This document shows, one piece after another, positions 38,601 to 52,824 of a stretch of DNA of 64,000 nt (positions within the stretch are counted from its first letter, which is position 1; each line of letters starts with the position of its first letter). The translations under genes were made by a program, and so were the position numbers. The notes beneath the pieces are model-generated. The model worked only from the letters and a program-made list of their open reading frames with translations, was not told where the DNA came from and did not search any database. This DNA is from the human T2T-CHM13v2.0 reference genome, Homo sapiens, in assembly GCF_009914755.1 (NCBI RefSeq), contig NC_060930.1, one strand, 5' to 3'.

Positions 38601-41600
38601 GTTAGGTGCAATAATAATTAAATGACAAGAACGATTAAAGTCACCTTCAAGGGTTCGAATGGGTATAAAAATAACTGAAAATAAGTAGAGATTCTTATCC
38701 TTGGTAGATAAGTTCCCTCATTTCCCTTTCTGACTAATAGACAGCATAGAAGGAAGAGAGGGAAGTAACCTACCAAGTTCAAGAATCTTTATTTACTACT
38801 AGTTATTTACTTCTCATACAAACCCTGGGAAGTAAGTTTAATTACTATTGCCATTTAACAGGAGAAAAACTCACTCCCAGAAAAGATAATATGTACAGCA
38901 GTGTGTGGTATGAAGCAATGCTGAAAACTCAGTGTTATCAGTCTCCATAACCTCTGTTATTCTCAGATTATCTTGCTACCTGCTGTTTGTGAGAGGAATT
39001 GTTTGACTATCCTTGTATTAGCTAGAAAGAGAGAGCAGTGTGTTCCTGAAATAAAAGAGACTCTGGAAACTAGAAGAGGGCAAAAGATAAAACCTTAACA
39101 TGTTATTGGAAACCTACATAATTGTCACTGGGGTTTTACTAGCAATCTTTATCCTGCTACTTCCCTTAATTTCAGAGATGATAAAACAATTTCCCTGGCT
39201 TTTTTTTCAGGGCTTTTTTCCAGACCCTTATTTTTTGTTACCCATTAGTGAACTTGGGAAGGTTTTTATTTCTAAATTTAGTGCCTAATTCTCCTGAAGC
39301 AGGTTTCACATTTGGATATTTCATTAAGATTGTCCTGGGACAAATCTTTGTCCTTCAAATGCAGAGGGAATAGGGACTATTTACTTCCTATTCTGCTATC
39401 TCTATGTGCCTTTGAGTGAGAACAATTACTGGAAGAGTTGCCAAAATTATAGTAAATTTAAGGAAATTTAAAATAATTAGATTTCTTATACTATAAAATA
39501 AGGGACAGCCTTCAAAGTCCAAAGCCAAAGTCATTTCTAAAGATCTCTATTATTTAGAAGTTCCCTGGAAAGCATCTCACACCTATTTTTAGAATCATAG
39601 GATATGATGACCTTAAGACACTATACTAGAGGCAATTTATCTGAGGCTGTCTGAGTGGTTGGCATCTTATACAGTTAGAGAGAGAAAGGATTTTCTGATG
39701 TTAATAGTGTGCTTTCTTTGATTGATTTTTGTTTGGAATGCTGTCAAAATATTTTAGGTAATAACATGAATTAGTTGCAACGTAACATGATTTTAAAAGC
39801 TAAAAAAATTTTAGACGGCATGAAACATTGTAAGACAATAGAAGGGAATTTTTTTGCCACAAATAGTGATAAAAATATTATACATTAAAAATGCAACCAC
39901 TTTTACACAAACATGCATAAATAAATGTACTAGATGTCACAGGGGAAATTCAAATGAAAATCTTATTTTTCTATTTTTGAGATGTTTACCACTTATTAGG
40001 CGTGACAAAGCAAATACAAAGGAAATGTTAGAAGAACTAGAATTTAATCACAGCTTGAAAGAGCTATAAATACGGTACTACTCTTGGTTTATCATGCAAA
40101 GGGAAAATCGATTTCAAGTCCAGGTGACCTATGAGCTATACCTTGAAGGACATTTTGTATTTCAACATGTTTAGATGTGCTGAAACTCTTCCAGAAAGAG
40201 GTGCAGTCTATAGAGATGCAAAGAACAAAAGGAAGAAGAGAACGGCATTCATTTGAAGCCAACACAAAAGCAGTAGCTGAAATAATTTTTCCAGAGTGCC
40301 ACAGCAGTTAAGTAAAAGAGGCAAAATTTAATTCAAAATGTTTCTAGTTCCAAATCGTATGTTTTTCTAAAACTGTATTGGGAGAGCAGAGGAACATACT
40401 CAGCGTTCATAGGTTCTACCTGGAGTATAGGGTGTGGATCAGTGTAAAATATAAGATAGGGAAGTTAAAGATTATGTTTTGGACCCTGGTTCAGGGGATG
40501 TCCTTACTGTGTCTAACTGATGTGTTTCAGGCTCTTCCTTCAATATGTATTGCGAATAGTGAGATTTATTACACAGTCCTAACATTGATGCAGTTTAGTT
40601 GCTTGTGGATGGTGTTGTCAGGAAAAAAGGTAATATTTTCTTCTGAACTCATGGTTAGAAAGGGCAGGAGAAGCTGGAAGTAAGATATCCTCCATCCTCC
40701 TTAGACATATTTACATCACCTCTTCCAGGTTTGCATATTGCTTACAATCAATACAGAGAAGAGAAAACAAAGGAAATATGTGATAAGTTGATAAATTACT
40801 GCTACAAAATTTAAATTCTGGCCCTAAAGCAATAACAAAGTAGAACATAGTGAAACAAGTACACAAAAGATTTAAAACTGGGGATACAGAAGTTCCAAAG
40901 CAAGGAGAAAAAAGGAAATTATTATAACTGGACTTAAAATTCAAAAAAATGGTATTTAGAACTAAGAAATTAATTTGAGTGAAATTAATGTTAGAATAAA
41001 AATAAAATTGAAATCAACATGAGGGAAGAGTCTAAAGCATGCATATATGATTGAAAGAGCAAGACAACTCACAGGAAAAGCTAAAAATCAAGTAGAAGCA
41101 AGATTTTGACTGGAAAGAAGCAGCACGAGTGAATGGATGGAAATGAAAAAAAGATCTACAGAGATATCCACTGCAAGAGGAGTTTTCATCGCCAGGGCAC
41201 CAGCTTCTCCAGTTACCTTCCCCTGTAAGTGGGACCACAGGCCTTCCTGTGGAAGAGCCCTCAGTGACTAAGCAGCATACTCTGCTTTTCTCATTTCTCC
41301 CTAGTGGCGAAGCTTCAGACAGGGTCTTCAGTCATTCTCTTATTTGGAAACTTCTCCCAATCATCAAAACCCCAAATGAGTAGAAATTGAAGAATCCGCT
41401 TTTTATGAAACCACTGCTACTCTAATCTTTTTATTCTTGTATTTTTCTAATTACATATATCACTATTTACCTCCATTTTGTCTTTCACTTACAATACTAT
41501 TTGCTTTTCTTTGCCTCATTTTAACATTTGGATAAAAAATTATTTGTATGTATTTACACAAAGTGCTTCAACTTAAATAGTACTGTTCTTTAAAAGAGAG

Positions 41601-41605
41601 AATGA

Positions 41606-41907
41606 GGCCTGGCGTGGTGGCTCACGCTTGTAATCCCAGCACTTTGGGAGGCTGAGACGGGCGGATCACGAGGTCAGGAGATGGAGACCATCCTGGCTAA
41701 CATCACGAAACCCCGTCTCCACTAAAAGTACAAAATATTAGCTGGGCGTGGTGGCGCGTGCCTGTAATCCCGCTACTCAGGAGGCTAAGGCGAGATAATG
41801 GCTTGAACCGGGGAGTGGGAGGTTGCAGTGAGCCCAGCTCGCACCACTGCACTCCAGCCTGGCGACAGAGAGAGACTCTGTCTCAAAAAAAAAAAAAAAA
41901 AAAAAAG
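41606..41907 (+). mobile_element. AluSc/Sc8-like element
   Basis: gatcacgaggtcaggagatggagaccatcctggctaac diagnostics; TSD agagagaatga with an upstream TTT/AAAA L1-endonuclease site. Confidence 0.95.
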
Positions 41908-42139
41908 AAAAGGAGAGAGAGAGAATGAAGTTGACTTCAAAAATTTGGTTGGTTGTTTCTTAAACGAAAGCCTGCCATTTTTGTGGATGGTATTATCGTT
42001 CCAGAATGCTAATGCAATAACGACATTGCAATGAAGCTAATTCATAGCCAGAGAACTGCTGTTTAAGCGACTATGTTGTGAATCTCTTTCAAACTACATT
42101 TTTATGCACGTTGTTTTTGTTTCCTAATATTTCTATGGT

Positions 42140-42262
42140 CTTGCATTTCCAGCTAGACTGTGTAATCCCTTAGGACAGGGACAGTATATTTTATGTCCTT
42201 CATAGCTCTTTGTAGAGTGCTAAGTAAAATGACTTTTTAATGAATGTGTGGTGAATTAATGA
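42140..42262 (+). mobile_element. L2 3'-end relic
   Basis: ctagactgtg...aggacagggac...tgaatgtgtggtgaattaatga. Confidence 0.5.
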
Positions 42263-42980
42263 TACAGTTCTTATGTGCATATAACAGGACTCATGTGGCA
42301 CCTCTAAGTTACCAAGGGTTTCAAGTTAACCTGCAGTTAAACGAAAGTGACTAGCTTCTTGAAAAAAATAAGCTTTTTCTAAATTCTAATAGTCCCTAAT
42401 CAAATTTGCAAAACAGACAAGCAAAAAATAAAAAAACAAAAAATGAATAAAACACAGTTACTCAGGAGCCAGCCATTTCAGAATATTGTTTATTCAATTG
42501 CATTTTGCTGATTTATTCCAGAAATCTTAAAGAATTCCTGTGTAGTGCACATCTTTTCATTTTGACAGAGATATACATAAAGAGTAAGGATTCCATACAT
42601 TACTATTTGGCAAGAATACGTACTGTATTGGCGAGGTTCCGTTGTTTATTTTATTCAGATATTTGTATTTCTTAAAAGGCTTACATGGAATACTGTGTGT
42701 ATTATGTAAAACTGAAAGTTCATTCTTCATGCTGCATATGGTTTTCTTTTCCTAACTAGTAAAAGATGTACTGTCCTCAGTGCATTTATACTGGCTCTGG
42801 TTCAATGCAAATCTTTGATAACTTAGTTTTCTTAAGAGTTATTTTAAGTTGTTTACTTCTTGTCACTGCAGACTAGCTTAGAATCTGCTTCTTGGGATCT
42901 CACTACTTTGCCATTATACAGTCTTTCTTTCCCCCAACTTGAATGTTTCAATGGATCATTCAGAATTTATTTATAAATAG

Positions 42981-43358
<378 letters not shown>

Positions 43359-43633
43359 AGGAATTTTTAAAGGACTTTCAAGTTATGATCAAGTGGGTGC
43401 TACATGAAAAAGACATCCAAATTTTCTTCATTTACTTTATTCATGAATTTTTTTTTAATTTGATGAGATATCACCCTGTAAAAATAACCATCTTGATAAT
43501 CCATTCATTAATAAAACCTTAGAAACTGCCACATTTCTTTAGATTATGTTAAGTCAAAAGACAGGCCAAAGTATCTGTGCTCTCTAATGATCTTGGTCTT
43601 TATTTTCTTCACCAATTTAAAATACACTTTCAG

Positions 43634-43727
43634 GGCCTGGGTACTGTGGCTCATGCTTGTAATCCCAGCTCTTTGGGAGGCCAAGGAGAGACTCTGTCTC
43701 AAATAAATAAATGAATGAATAAATAAA
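43634..43727 (+). mobile_element. Internally deleted Alu (5' ~53 nt fused to last ~14 nt plus AAAT tail)
   Basis: ggcctgggtactgtggctcatgcttgtaatcccagctctttgggaggccaagg|agagactctgtctc aaataaataaat. Confidence 0.85.
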
Positions 43728-44680
43728 GCACTAGGCCAGCGTTTCCATAAGACAACATATGCAGCCTTATCCATCAGTATTAATGAATCCATCCATTTAA
43801 AACCTCAGTCTATACTGACCACAGTGGCTTTGATAAAAACAGGAAGGTCAACATTATTTTCAAGTGAGAAAAAATAAACAACAATCAACCTGAGGAGGCA
43901 TAGCCTTCTCCATTTATCACAAGTCCCACCCTTCCCGGAAAGTATGATGCAGAGACCTTGTCCACCCCTTCAGCCCCTATAAACTGTTGAGCTTGTGATC
44001 CTTGCTTTAGAACATATAAAAGACAGGTGGATAGAATGAAAAACTGTGAGGGGTAATAGCTGACTTCATTCAGAATATGGGTGTAATCAAAGGAAGGTTG
44101 GATGAAGTAAATGATCTGAAATTGAGGAATATATCCAGGTTTAGATCATTTAAAGAATTCCTGCCTTTGGATCTAACAGCCAGTTTTGCATCTATTTGTG
44201 TGTGTGTGTGTGTGAATTGCTCATATTCATGTAATTTCACTTTGATTTTTGTTACGTAAGATTGATCGTATTGTTATAAAAATAATAACACTGTATTGAT
44301 TCCAGGATTCAGTGAAACTCTTGAATTTAATAATTAAAATAATAATGCTAATAGTAGTAATAACAATATCAGAGAAACATTATAATGATAATAAAACATT
44401 TCAAAAAGGATATTACTTCAAGTTGTCCAATGACTTACCTGACATGTTTTGAAGTTATGCACACAAATACAAATGGTGGCTTTTTGTAATTCAATTTAAA
44501 AAATTTCTTATCCTATTTTACTGAGTTATTCTGATTTTTACATTCTATAAATTATTTCTCTTTCAGATATCTATCCTAGAATTCTCTAATTTCTAAATTA
44601 TATAGGAGTCATTTGCATAAAATTCAATATTTGTTAGATATAAAAATATTCAAGTCTAGACAAAAAAAATCAAAATCAAT

Positions 44681-45103
44681 TGTGCACTAGTTTGGGTAAT
44701 GTTTGCTGCTGTAATAAACCCCAAACTGAACACAATAGAACTTTATTTCTTGCTCATGTAACAGTTCAGTGAACGTGCTCCTGCTTTGTGGGTGGCTTTT
44801 CTTCATTGGGTGGTGCAAGGATTCAGATTTCTTCCTTGTGGATCTGCACCCTTAAGGGACATAGGGTCTCTTGAATTCAAGTAGAGAAAGGGGAACGCTT
44901 GCACAGAAGGCACACTGGCTCATTTTGGAATGGAAGAGCCACTTCTGCTCACAATTTCATTGGCAAAAGTAGTCACATGGCCACACCTAGACACAAAGAG
45001 TATTGGTAAATAAAGTCCCTGGCTAGGTAGCTGCTTTTCAGGAAAAAAAAAATACATGAAAGGAGAAGCACAAATTTTGGTGGGCAACGTGCCATCCACC
45101 ACA
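44681..45103 (-). mobile_element. Old MaLR LTR (MLT1K/L-like)
   Basis: tgctgctgtaataaac...tttatttcttgctcatgtaacagt...cacttctgctcacaatttcattggcaaaagtagtcacatggccacacct...ccaca. Confidence 0.65.
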
Positions 45104-45383
45104 GGCAGTCTTATCTGCCAGCATTAATGAATCATTCCATTTGAAATCTCAGTCTATATTGAGGTTTAGACTGAGGTGGCTTAGGAAAAATAAGTGGCTC
45201 TGATAAGCAGGGCCATCTTTTTTTTTAATAGAGAAACAAGTAAACCAAAATACACTTTAGTGATATGTTCAATAGAAAAGCATCATTTAAAAATTAATGT
45301 AGTATATTTTTCCTATAGAGAAATAATTGAGAACAGTAAACACTTAAAAAATAGTCAAATAACAAAAAATGCTTTTCATAGGT

Positions 45384-45720
45384 TGCTATGGTCTGAATAT
45401 AACCTCTTAAAATTCACATGTTGAAGTCCTAATCCCAACAGAAGGTATTAGGAGGTAGTGCCTTCAGGAAGTGATTAGGTGATGACAGTGGGATTAGCGC
45501 CCTTACAAAAGTGGACTGAGAGAGACTCCCTGTCCCTTTCACTATGTGAGGACATAGTGAGAAGGTGTTGTCTATGAACCAGAAAGTTGGTTCTTGCCAA
45601 AGAAAGGATCTACCTCGAAGTTAGATTTCTAGCCTCCAGAACTGTGAGAAATAAATTTCTGTCATGAATAAACAACCCAGTGTGTGATATTTGTTATGGT
45701 AGCCTTAACGGACTAAGACA
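45384..45720 (+). mobile_element. MaLR LTR (MLT1A0-like)
   Basis: tgctatggtctgaat...agcctccagaactgtgagaaataaatttctg...acggactaagaca with TG...CA ends. Confidence 0.85.
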
Positions 45721-46400
45721 CAAGTATATTGTTGTCAGGTAAGTGTAGGAGGAGGAAAGAAGAATGCAACTAGAAGGAAAAAAAAACCAATACATTAAGG
45801 AACAGAAAAAAAAAGAAGAAAGCAGAAAAGATAGAGGCAGTAAAAATAGATCCGTACAAAGTAAGCAGCAGGGCAAGAGAGAGGAGAAAGAGACCAGTAG
45901 TGCACAGGGTAGAGAGAGGCAGGTTTTGAAGTGTGTGCTGAAAGGTAGGCCCAGCTATGCACTTTGGTAACGGCCTTTAGAGCATTTTGGACTCTTCATC
46001 TATTTGAACTGTGGTAGAGCTGGTTAACCTTGCTGAGAGCTCTTCAACCCCTTTAATCCCAAAGTCTTTGAGGCTCCACTCTGAATGGAATAACTAGAAC
46101 AACCCAACAGGATAGAATTTAATTTCTAAACCTGGCTATCAGCAACCAGAAGAGCTACATGATATCAGTGGCAATTGGTCTTATAGTTAGTTCATTCTTC
46201 CTTTGAGGCATACATTCAGATAAGTAGGTAAATCATACACATGTATATAAAATAGGTAAATAATATATAAGTATTAAGATCTCTATTGGACTTGGAAATT
46301 AGATTAGTTTTAGAGCAGCATTAAACAAATACTCAAAAATCTGTCATAAATGTACTTAACTAACTAGCTTTTAAAGAAAAAACTGGATTGTGTGCCTCCA

Positions 46401-46806
46401 TGTCTTAGTCTATTTTGTGTTGTTATAAAGGAATACTGGAGGTTGAGTAATTTATAAAGAAAATAAATTTATTTGGCTCACAGTCTGCAAGCTGTACCAG
46501 AAGCATGATATAAGTATCTCTTTTTGGTAAGGGCCTCAAGAAGCTTTCATCATGGAGGAAGGCTAAGGGGAATAGGCAGAAAGAAGAGGGCAAAGGAGAG
46601 TGAGCAAAGAGGTGTGTCACCTTTTTGAATAACCAGCTCTAACTAATAGAGCTAGAATGCACTCATTATGGTGGAGAGGACACCAAGCCATTCATGAAAA
46701 ACTTCCCTTACAACCCAAATACCTCCCACTAGACTGCACCTTCAACATCATTGGGCATCAAATTTCAAAATAGGTTTTTGAGGGGACAAATATCCAAACT
46801 ATATCA
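46401..46806 (-). mobile_element. MaLR LTR (MSTB-like)
   Basis: tgtcttagtctattttgtgttgttataaaggaatac...gtaatttataaagaaaa...ggggacaaatatccaaactatatca. Confidence 0.85.
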
Positions 46807-46812
46807 TGCCAC

Positions 46813-47075
46813 TTTATTTTATTTTATTTTGTTTTGTAGAGACAGCATCTCCCTTTGTTTCCCAGGTTGGGCTCAAGTGATTCTCCCACCTCAGCCCCCC
46901 ATGCAGCTAGGACTACAAGCATGTGCCACCACATCTGGCCAATCTTTCTCATTTTTGTAGAGATGGGGTCTCGCGATGTTGCTCAGTCTGGTCTCAAACT
47001 TCCGGCCTCAAGAAGTCCTTTCACCATGGCCTCCCAAAGTGCTGAGATTACAGCAGTTAGTCACCACACCTGGCT
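46813..47075 (-). mobile_element. Old AluJ-like element with internal deletion in right arm
   Basis: Diverged reverse Alu; tgccacttt repeated on both flanks. Confidence 0.85.
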
Positions 47076-48252
47076 CCATTGTGCCACTTTTAACTAAAAG
47101 GCACTTTTTTCTCAATATTTATATTCTCTTTCTTTTCAAACTACTAATCCAGGATTAGATAACTAGACTAGACTTAGACAAGTCTCTACACAAGCAAATC
47201 ATAACAACATCAAAAACAACAAAAATTAGATTATAATAGGACTAGGCACTAGGTTAGTGTACTTTAGAATTTATTTTCATTTAATCCAACAGAGATTCAA
47301 TAGCTGTTCATTCCAAATTTGATATCCATAAGTATATTTTTAAACTTAACCTAGGAACCTGTGCATTTTACTCTGTCTGGTATGACAACGGGATTAAAGT
47401 GTTGGCTCTAGTTGAGTAGGGAATGGGCAACAATACTATAAGTAAAGAGCAATGTGAGACAGACAGGTCAAATAATAGGAAGTTACTGGGTGATTTAGTT
47501 AGCCAGACAAGGGAGGTTCCACTGTCATGGTTGACCATGAATCCAGGATCCAAGGAAGAAGTCACTGGCCACTGCAATTGGGGAACCAGTTGCAGATGAG
47601 TGTCTTCCCACTCTACATTTACAGCTGAATCTTTCTTTCCAAAACCCACTGTGGGTCAGATATACCCTCACTGAATTTTAACTGTATTTTACAAGAATCA
47701 GGTAATATTTCAAACAATTTGAAAATAAAGCATTATTTCAAGTGTACAACTAACCCAGTCTGTTTTTACTTGAAGTAATTTTAGCTTATTTTGTTTTACC
47801 TCCAAATAGAGAATACCCTATTTGAAGATAAAAGCTGTTGTATAAATATAAAGCAAGATAACAATCAGGGTAGCCTGAAGGTTGAAATCGAACCAAAGAA
47901 AATAAATTCAGAACAACAAATTACTGTAATACTTTTATTTAATTTGATAACTTTCAATCATATAATGCACTGCACAAGTTATTTGGCAAGAACAAAAATA
48001 GTGTAGAAACTCATATCTTACCATATATCAAATTAAGTTTCAGAAATATTGTTAGTTAAAAGAAATAAAAAATTATAATTCTTCGTAAAATTTATCAGAC
48101 TATGCTGTTAGCAGCAATAGCACTATTTATCATGAAAGTCAAAGGAAGGGACCATAATGAAATAACTATATTTGACTCCACACAATTAAAAATTTTGTAT
48201 AACAAACACCACAAATAAAATGACAGAGGACACATAAGGAGTTGATGCAATG

Positions 48253-48617
<365 letters not shown>

Positions 48618-51072
48618 TAAATAAAAATAGTTGATATTGGTTAGATTAATATACACATTGCTGGAAACATGTAAAGTTGGGTACATGTACCTATACATTT
48701 TTAAATAAATTGATTCATAATTCTGTTTTCAAGAATTTATTAAGCAAAAGTAATCTGAGATATTGATAAAGATTTACATGGTGCTAGTATTTATAATACC
48801 CTATTCTAGAAACTAAGCACCCAAACATCTGGCAATAATTAAATTATGATATCATAAGATAAGATGATACAGCCATAAAACAAAAATATTTTCAAAAATT
48901 TTGTTGATTTGGAAAATTTGTTTGCATCATTATTATTAAATTTTTAAAAGTTGGCTTACAAAAATTATATGTACTAAAAGCAACTAGTGCAGTGATTGTT
49001 TTAGACAATGGAATTATGAGTAATATTTTCCCTTTACATGTTTTCTATTTAATTTTTCTACAATATGTATTGCTTTATATTAAGGAAATGTTTATATGAA
49101 GAATATTTGATGGACCACTGGAATCAAGATGAATTTTGTGGCCTATGAGCTGAGATTGCGTCAATATTGCCAGGTCTTTGGCTTCCATTTTTCCTGAGAT
49201 GTAGGACTAATGGAAGATTGTGAGCAGAGAAGTGACGTCTGATTTAAGTTTATAAATACCTGCTAATAGTTTCCTTCATTATACCTTTACGGCAGTGTCC
49301 CTCTGTCTTTGCAAATGCCCCATATAAGGCATAGCAAATGCAGTGGCCTGCTTGGACCAAGCAGATACTTAAGTGGATAAACAGTGACAGATGTAAGTGC
49401 ATAGGACTACCTACACTATGTGGCTGGTAGGAACACTAATAAACTATCTGAAGAGGACATCTGCTTCTCAGCTCCTCATGACTTCTGTCATTTAGAAATG
49501 TGGGCAAGTATTTCCTGACTTGATATGTTATTAAGAAAAACTGGAAATATAGATTTTTTATTAATTTTAAATTTTCTGAAATATGCGGCAACAGACACGG
49601 TATAAATCTAGCTTGGAATGTTAGTTTTCAATCTTTCTCTTGTTCTCAGTCATAGTGTCCTAGAATTTGTAATGTTCCTGTATAGTCTTGATAGCTCTCA
49701 TGTCTGCCCTCTGGTTGTCCCTGTCACTCTGGATTTAATCTACTTGGTTTATCTACCTTGTCAGTCTTACATATTGATCTGAATGTTATTTATTTTTTTC
49801 CTGAGTCTACACAATGCCTTTCCTAGACATTTACTTCTTAGTTTTCATTCTATTGCATTGTTACAGTTTAAACTATACTTTTTTAAAGCTCAATTTCCAT
49901 CTTTTTATAATAATCTTGCTAACTCAGAGGCAAACAAGTTACAAAAGATGTATTTTTTAGACAACACTTAAAAAATACAGAATTTGACCATTTCTTGAGA
50001 TTTAATCTTACATTTTATAATGGGGTCACTGAAATCTGAATTGACATGTCTGGCCTACTTTTAATTAGGCCCTCTTTTAATATAACCTTTATTAAGAGGA
50101 ACTTGATTTCCATTGGGAGAAAAATGAGTGCAATGTGATATAAAAATTGCAACTATGAGAGATTCTAATGTTAATGTAGGGAAAATTTCCAGAGAAATTT
50201 TGAGGATGTGTTTATGATATACTAGCTATACATAAATAGATTATTTTTAAAAATAGAACTGGAGCCATATATCATAAATTCATCTAATTTAATTTATAAA
50301 TTATTACTAGTCACTCAAATCACCATATATTCCTGAAATCAAGTAATATTTAGACTTGGCTCCTGAGTATCATAAGAGCATGGGGTAACATGATGGACAA
50401 ACTCGGTGGGTAAAATACTCAAAGAAAAAGGAGAGTATGCTTCATTTTCTTACTCTTCTCAACCCTAAATATTGGTACCATTTACCTTCAGGGAAAGACT
50501 CAACAGACCCTGGGAAACTCAGACTAAAAGTTTTCAACATATTTAAACATTGAATATCTCTAACAGAAAGCTGAATTTGCATTTCTGTGAAATTCATTGA
50601 TTAGTTGTACCATACACAGACAGAGGTAGAGTTTCCAATCAACTTATTCATGTTTTACTCCTAAATAAGTTAAGGAATACCCATAAAATTAAGAATTTAA
50701 ATAAAAGAGGTTAAAACTACCCTAAAAATGAAGATTTTCAGGGTGCCAAAGATAAATTTAAAGAAGTTATAAATTATTGTCCTGAATTAAATGTAATTGT
50801 ATATTGTATCTCTGAAACAAAAAGTGAATTATATATTTTTAAAACTCAGAGAACAAGAGAGAACTTTGAGAAATTAAAAATATGAGAGCCAAAATAAAAG
50901 TTCAGTATATGAGGTGGAAATAGAAAATTTAAAGCAATAGAACATAGAAAAAATAGAAAGACAGACAATGGGGAAGGAAAGAACCAAAAATTAAAGTTCT
51001 TTAATATAAGGCAAATTCTGTGTTATTGTGCTGACTCAAACTTGAGAAAGTTATTCATTTTTATGTAGCAGA

Positions 51073-52369
51073 TATGAAAGAACCACAAAAGTCTGTGGAA
51101 GAAAGGGAATTAAAAAAATAAAAATATACTTTGGGAGGCCGAGGCAGGTAGATCATGAGGTCAGGAGTTCAAGACCAGCCTGACCAAGATGGTGAAACCC
51201 CGTCTCTACTAAAAAAAATACAAAAAAGAAAAAAAAAAATTAGCCGGGCATGGTGGCACGCGCCTGTAATCCCAGCTACTCTGGAGGCTGAGGCAGAGAA
51301 TTGCTTAAATCTGGAGGGGCGGAGGTTGCAGTGAGCCAAGATGGCGCCACTGCACTCCAGCCTGGGCGACAGAGCGAGACTCTGTCTCAAAATATATATA
51401 TACTTTATTTCTCAACATAAGCTTCCTAAAGTGTAAGACGCTTTTGTAAGTGATGATACCAGTCCATTCCTACAGAACTGAGTGTTCTCGGGACTTAACC
51501 ATGTCAATATAATCTTTTTACATTACTAACTGAAGAAAATATGTGTCCTTTAAAGGCTTTCTTAAGATTAGGAAGCAAAAAGAAGTCAGAAGGAGCCAAA
51601 GAAGGATTGTAAGGTGGACACCTGAAGATTTCCCATCAAACTCTTGCAAAATTGCCCTTATTTGATGACAGTAATGAGCAGAAGCATTGTTGTGTGGAGA
51701 AGGAGTCTCTGGTGAAGCTTTCCTGGATATTTTTTCTGCTAAACCTTTGGCTAAGTTTCTCAAAACACTTTCAAAATAAGCAGATACGATTTTTCTTTGG
51801 CCCTCTAAAAAGTCAATGACAAAATGCCTTGACCATCCTTAAAAACTGTTGCCATGACCTTTGCTCTTGACTGATCCATTTTTGCTTTGACTGGATCACT
51901 TCTACCTCTTGGTGGCCATTGCTTTGATTGTGCTTTGTTTTCAGGGTCATACTGGTAAAGCCATGATTATCTCCTGTTACAATTTTTTTTGCAGAGAAGC
52001 TTCAGGATCCTGATCCTACTTGTTTAAAATTTCCATTTAAAGCTCTGCTCTTTTCCATAGCTGATCTGGCCACAGTGGTTTTAGCACACATCAGTGGAGT
52101 TTGCTCAACTTTACTTTCTCAGTCAAAATCGGGTAAGCTGAACCAACTGAGATATCTAAGATACTGGCTGTTGTTGGTGCTGTCAATTGTCAGTCTTTCT
52201 CATTTAGGGCACGAACAAGATTAATTTTTCCTCACAAATCAATGTGGTTGGTTTCATTTTGAACATCACATCATCTTCTCCTTTCTTAAAATAAGTCATT
52301 TGTTTGTAAGCTGCTAATTTCTTTGGGGCATTGTCAACATTAACTTTTCATAAGGCATCAGTGATTTCA
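51073..52369 (-). mobile_element. HSMAR2 mariner DNA transposon body and 3' TIR (defective transposase), interrupted by an Alu
   Basis: Minus-strand translation RNLAKGLAEK...HNNASAH..HQIRAILQEF matches the mariner HDNAPAH region; nucleotide sequence follows the recalled HSMAR2 consensus; decayed TIR at ~51075-51105. Confidence 0.88.
51128..51392 (+). mobile_element. 5'-truncated AluS nested in HSMAR2
   Basis: Starts at actttgggaggccgagg; expanded A-rich linker; almost no tail; atatacttt on both sides. Confidence 0.93.
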
Positions 52370-52824
52370 GATAATATATTGTCTCATTAAAAAGATTCTA
52401 GTTCTCAAGAAGGTATAACCTGACAATCTAAAAAGCTATTATATGAATTTTAAAGTGATTTTTAAAAATATGCTTTTTGAAAAACGTGCATTCAGTGACT
52501 TTAAGTAGTTTTGGGATATATATTTTTATTTACACACACATTTTGCCATATGTATATGGATCTTCTATGTATCATATATGGATATATACATTTATGATAT
52601 ATATCATATTTTTTCTCATATATAGAGAAAATATCTATATACATGTGGTAGAATTTCTAACAAAGCCTAAATATATTTTTAAAGTTCCTAAATATCAGGT
52701 TTGATTCAGAGAAAAAGATTCCATTATTAGTGTTATGAAGAAAGACATTTAAATTTCATATCACGTATTTTTCTTTTGAAAGTTTTATATATATAAATGT
52801 ACACACATGCTCATATTTTATATA

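Noticed and set aside
51518-51763. Possible domesticated mariner transposase
   Set aside because: Frameshifted, the HDNAPAH motif reads HNNASAH, and the start region is deleted.
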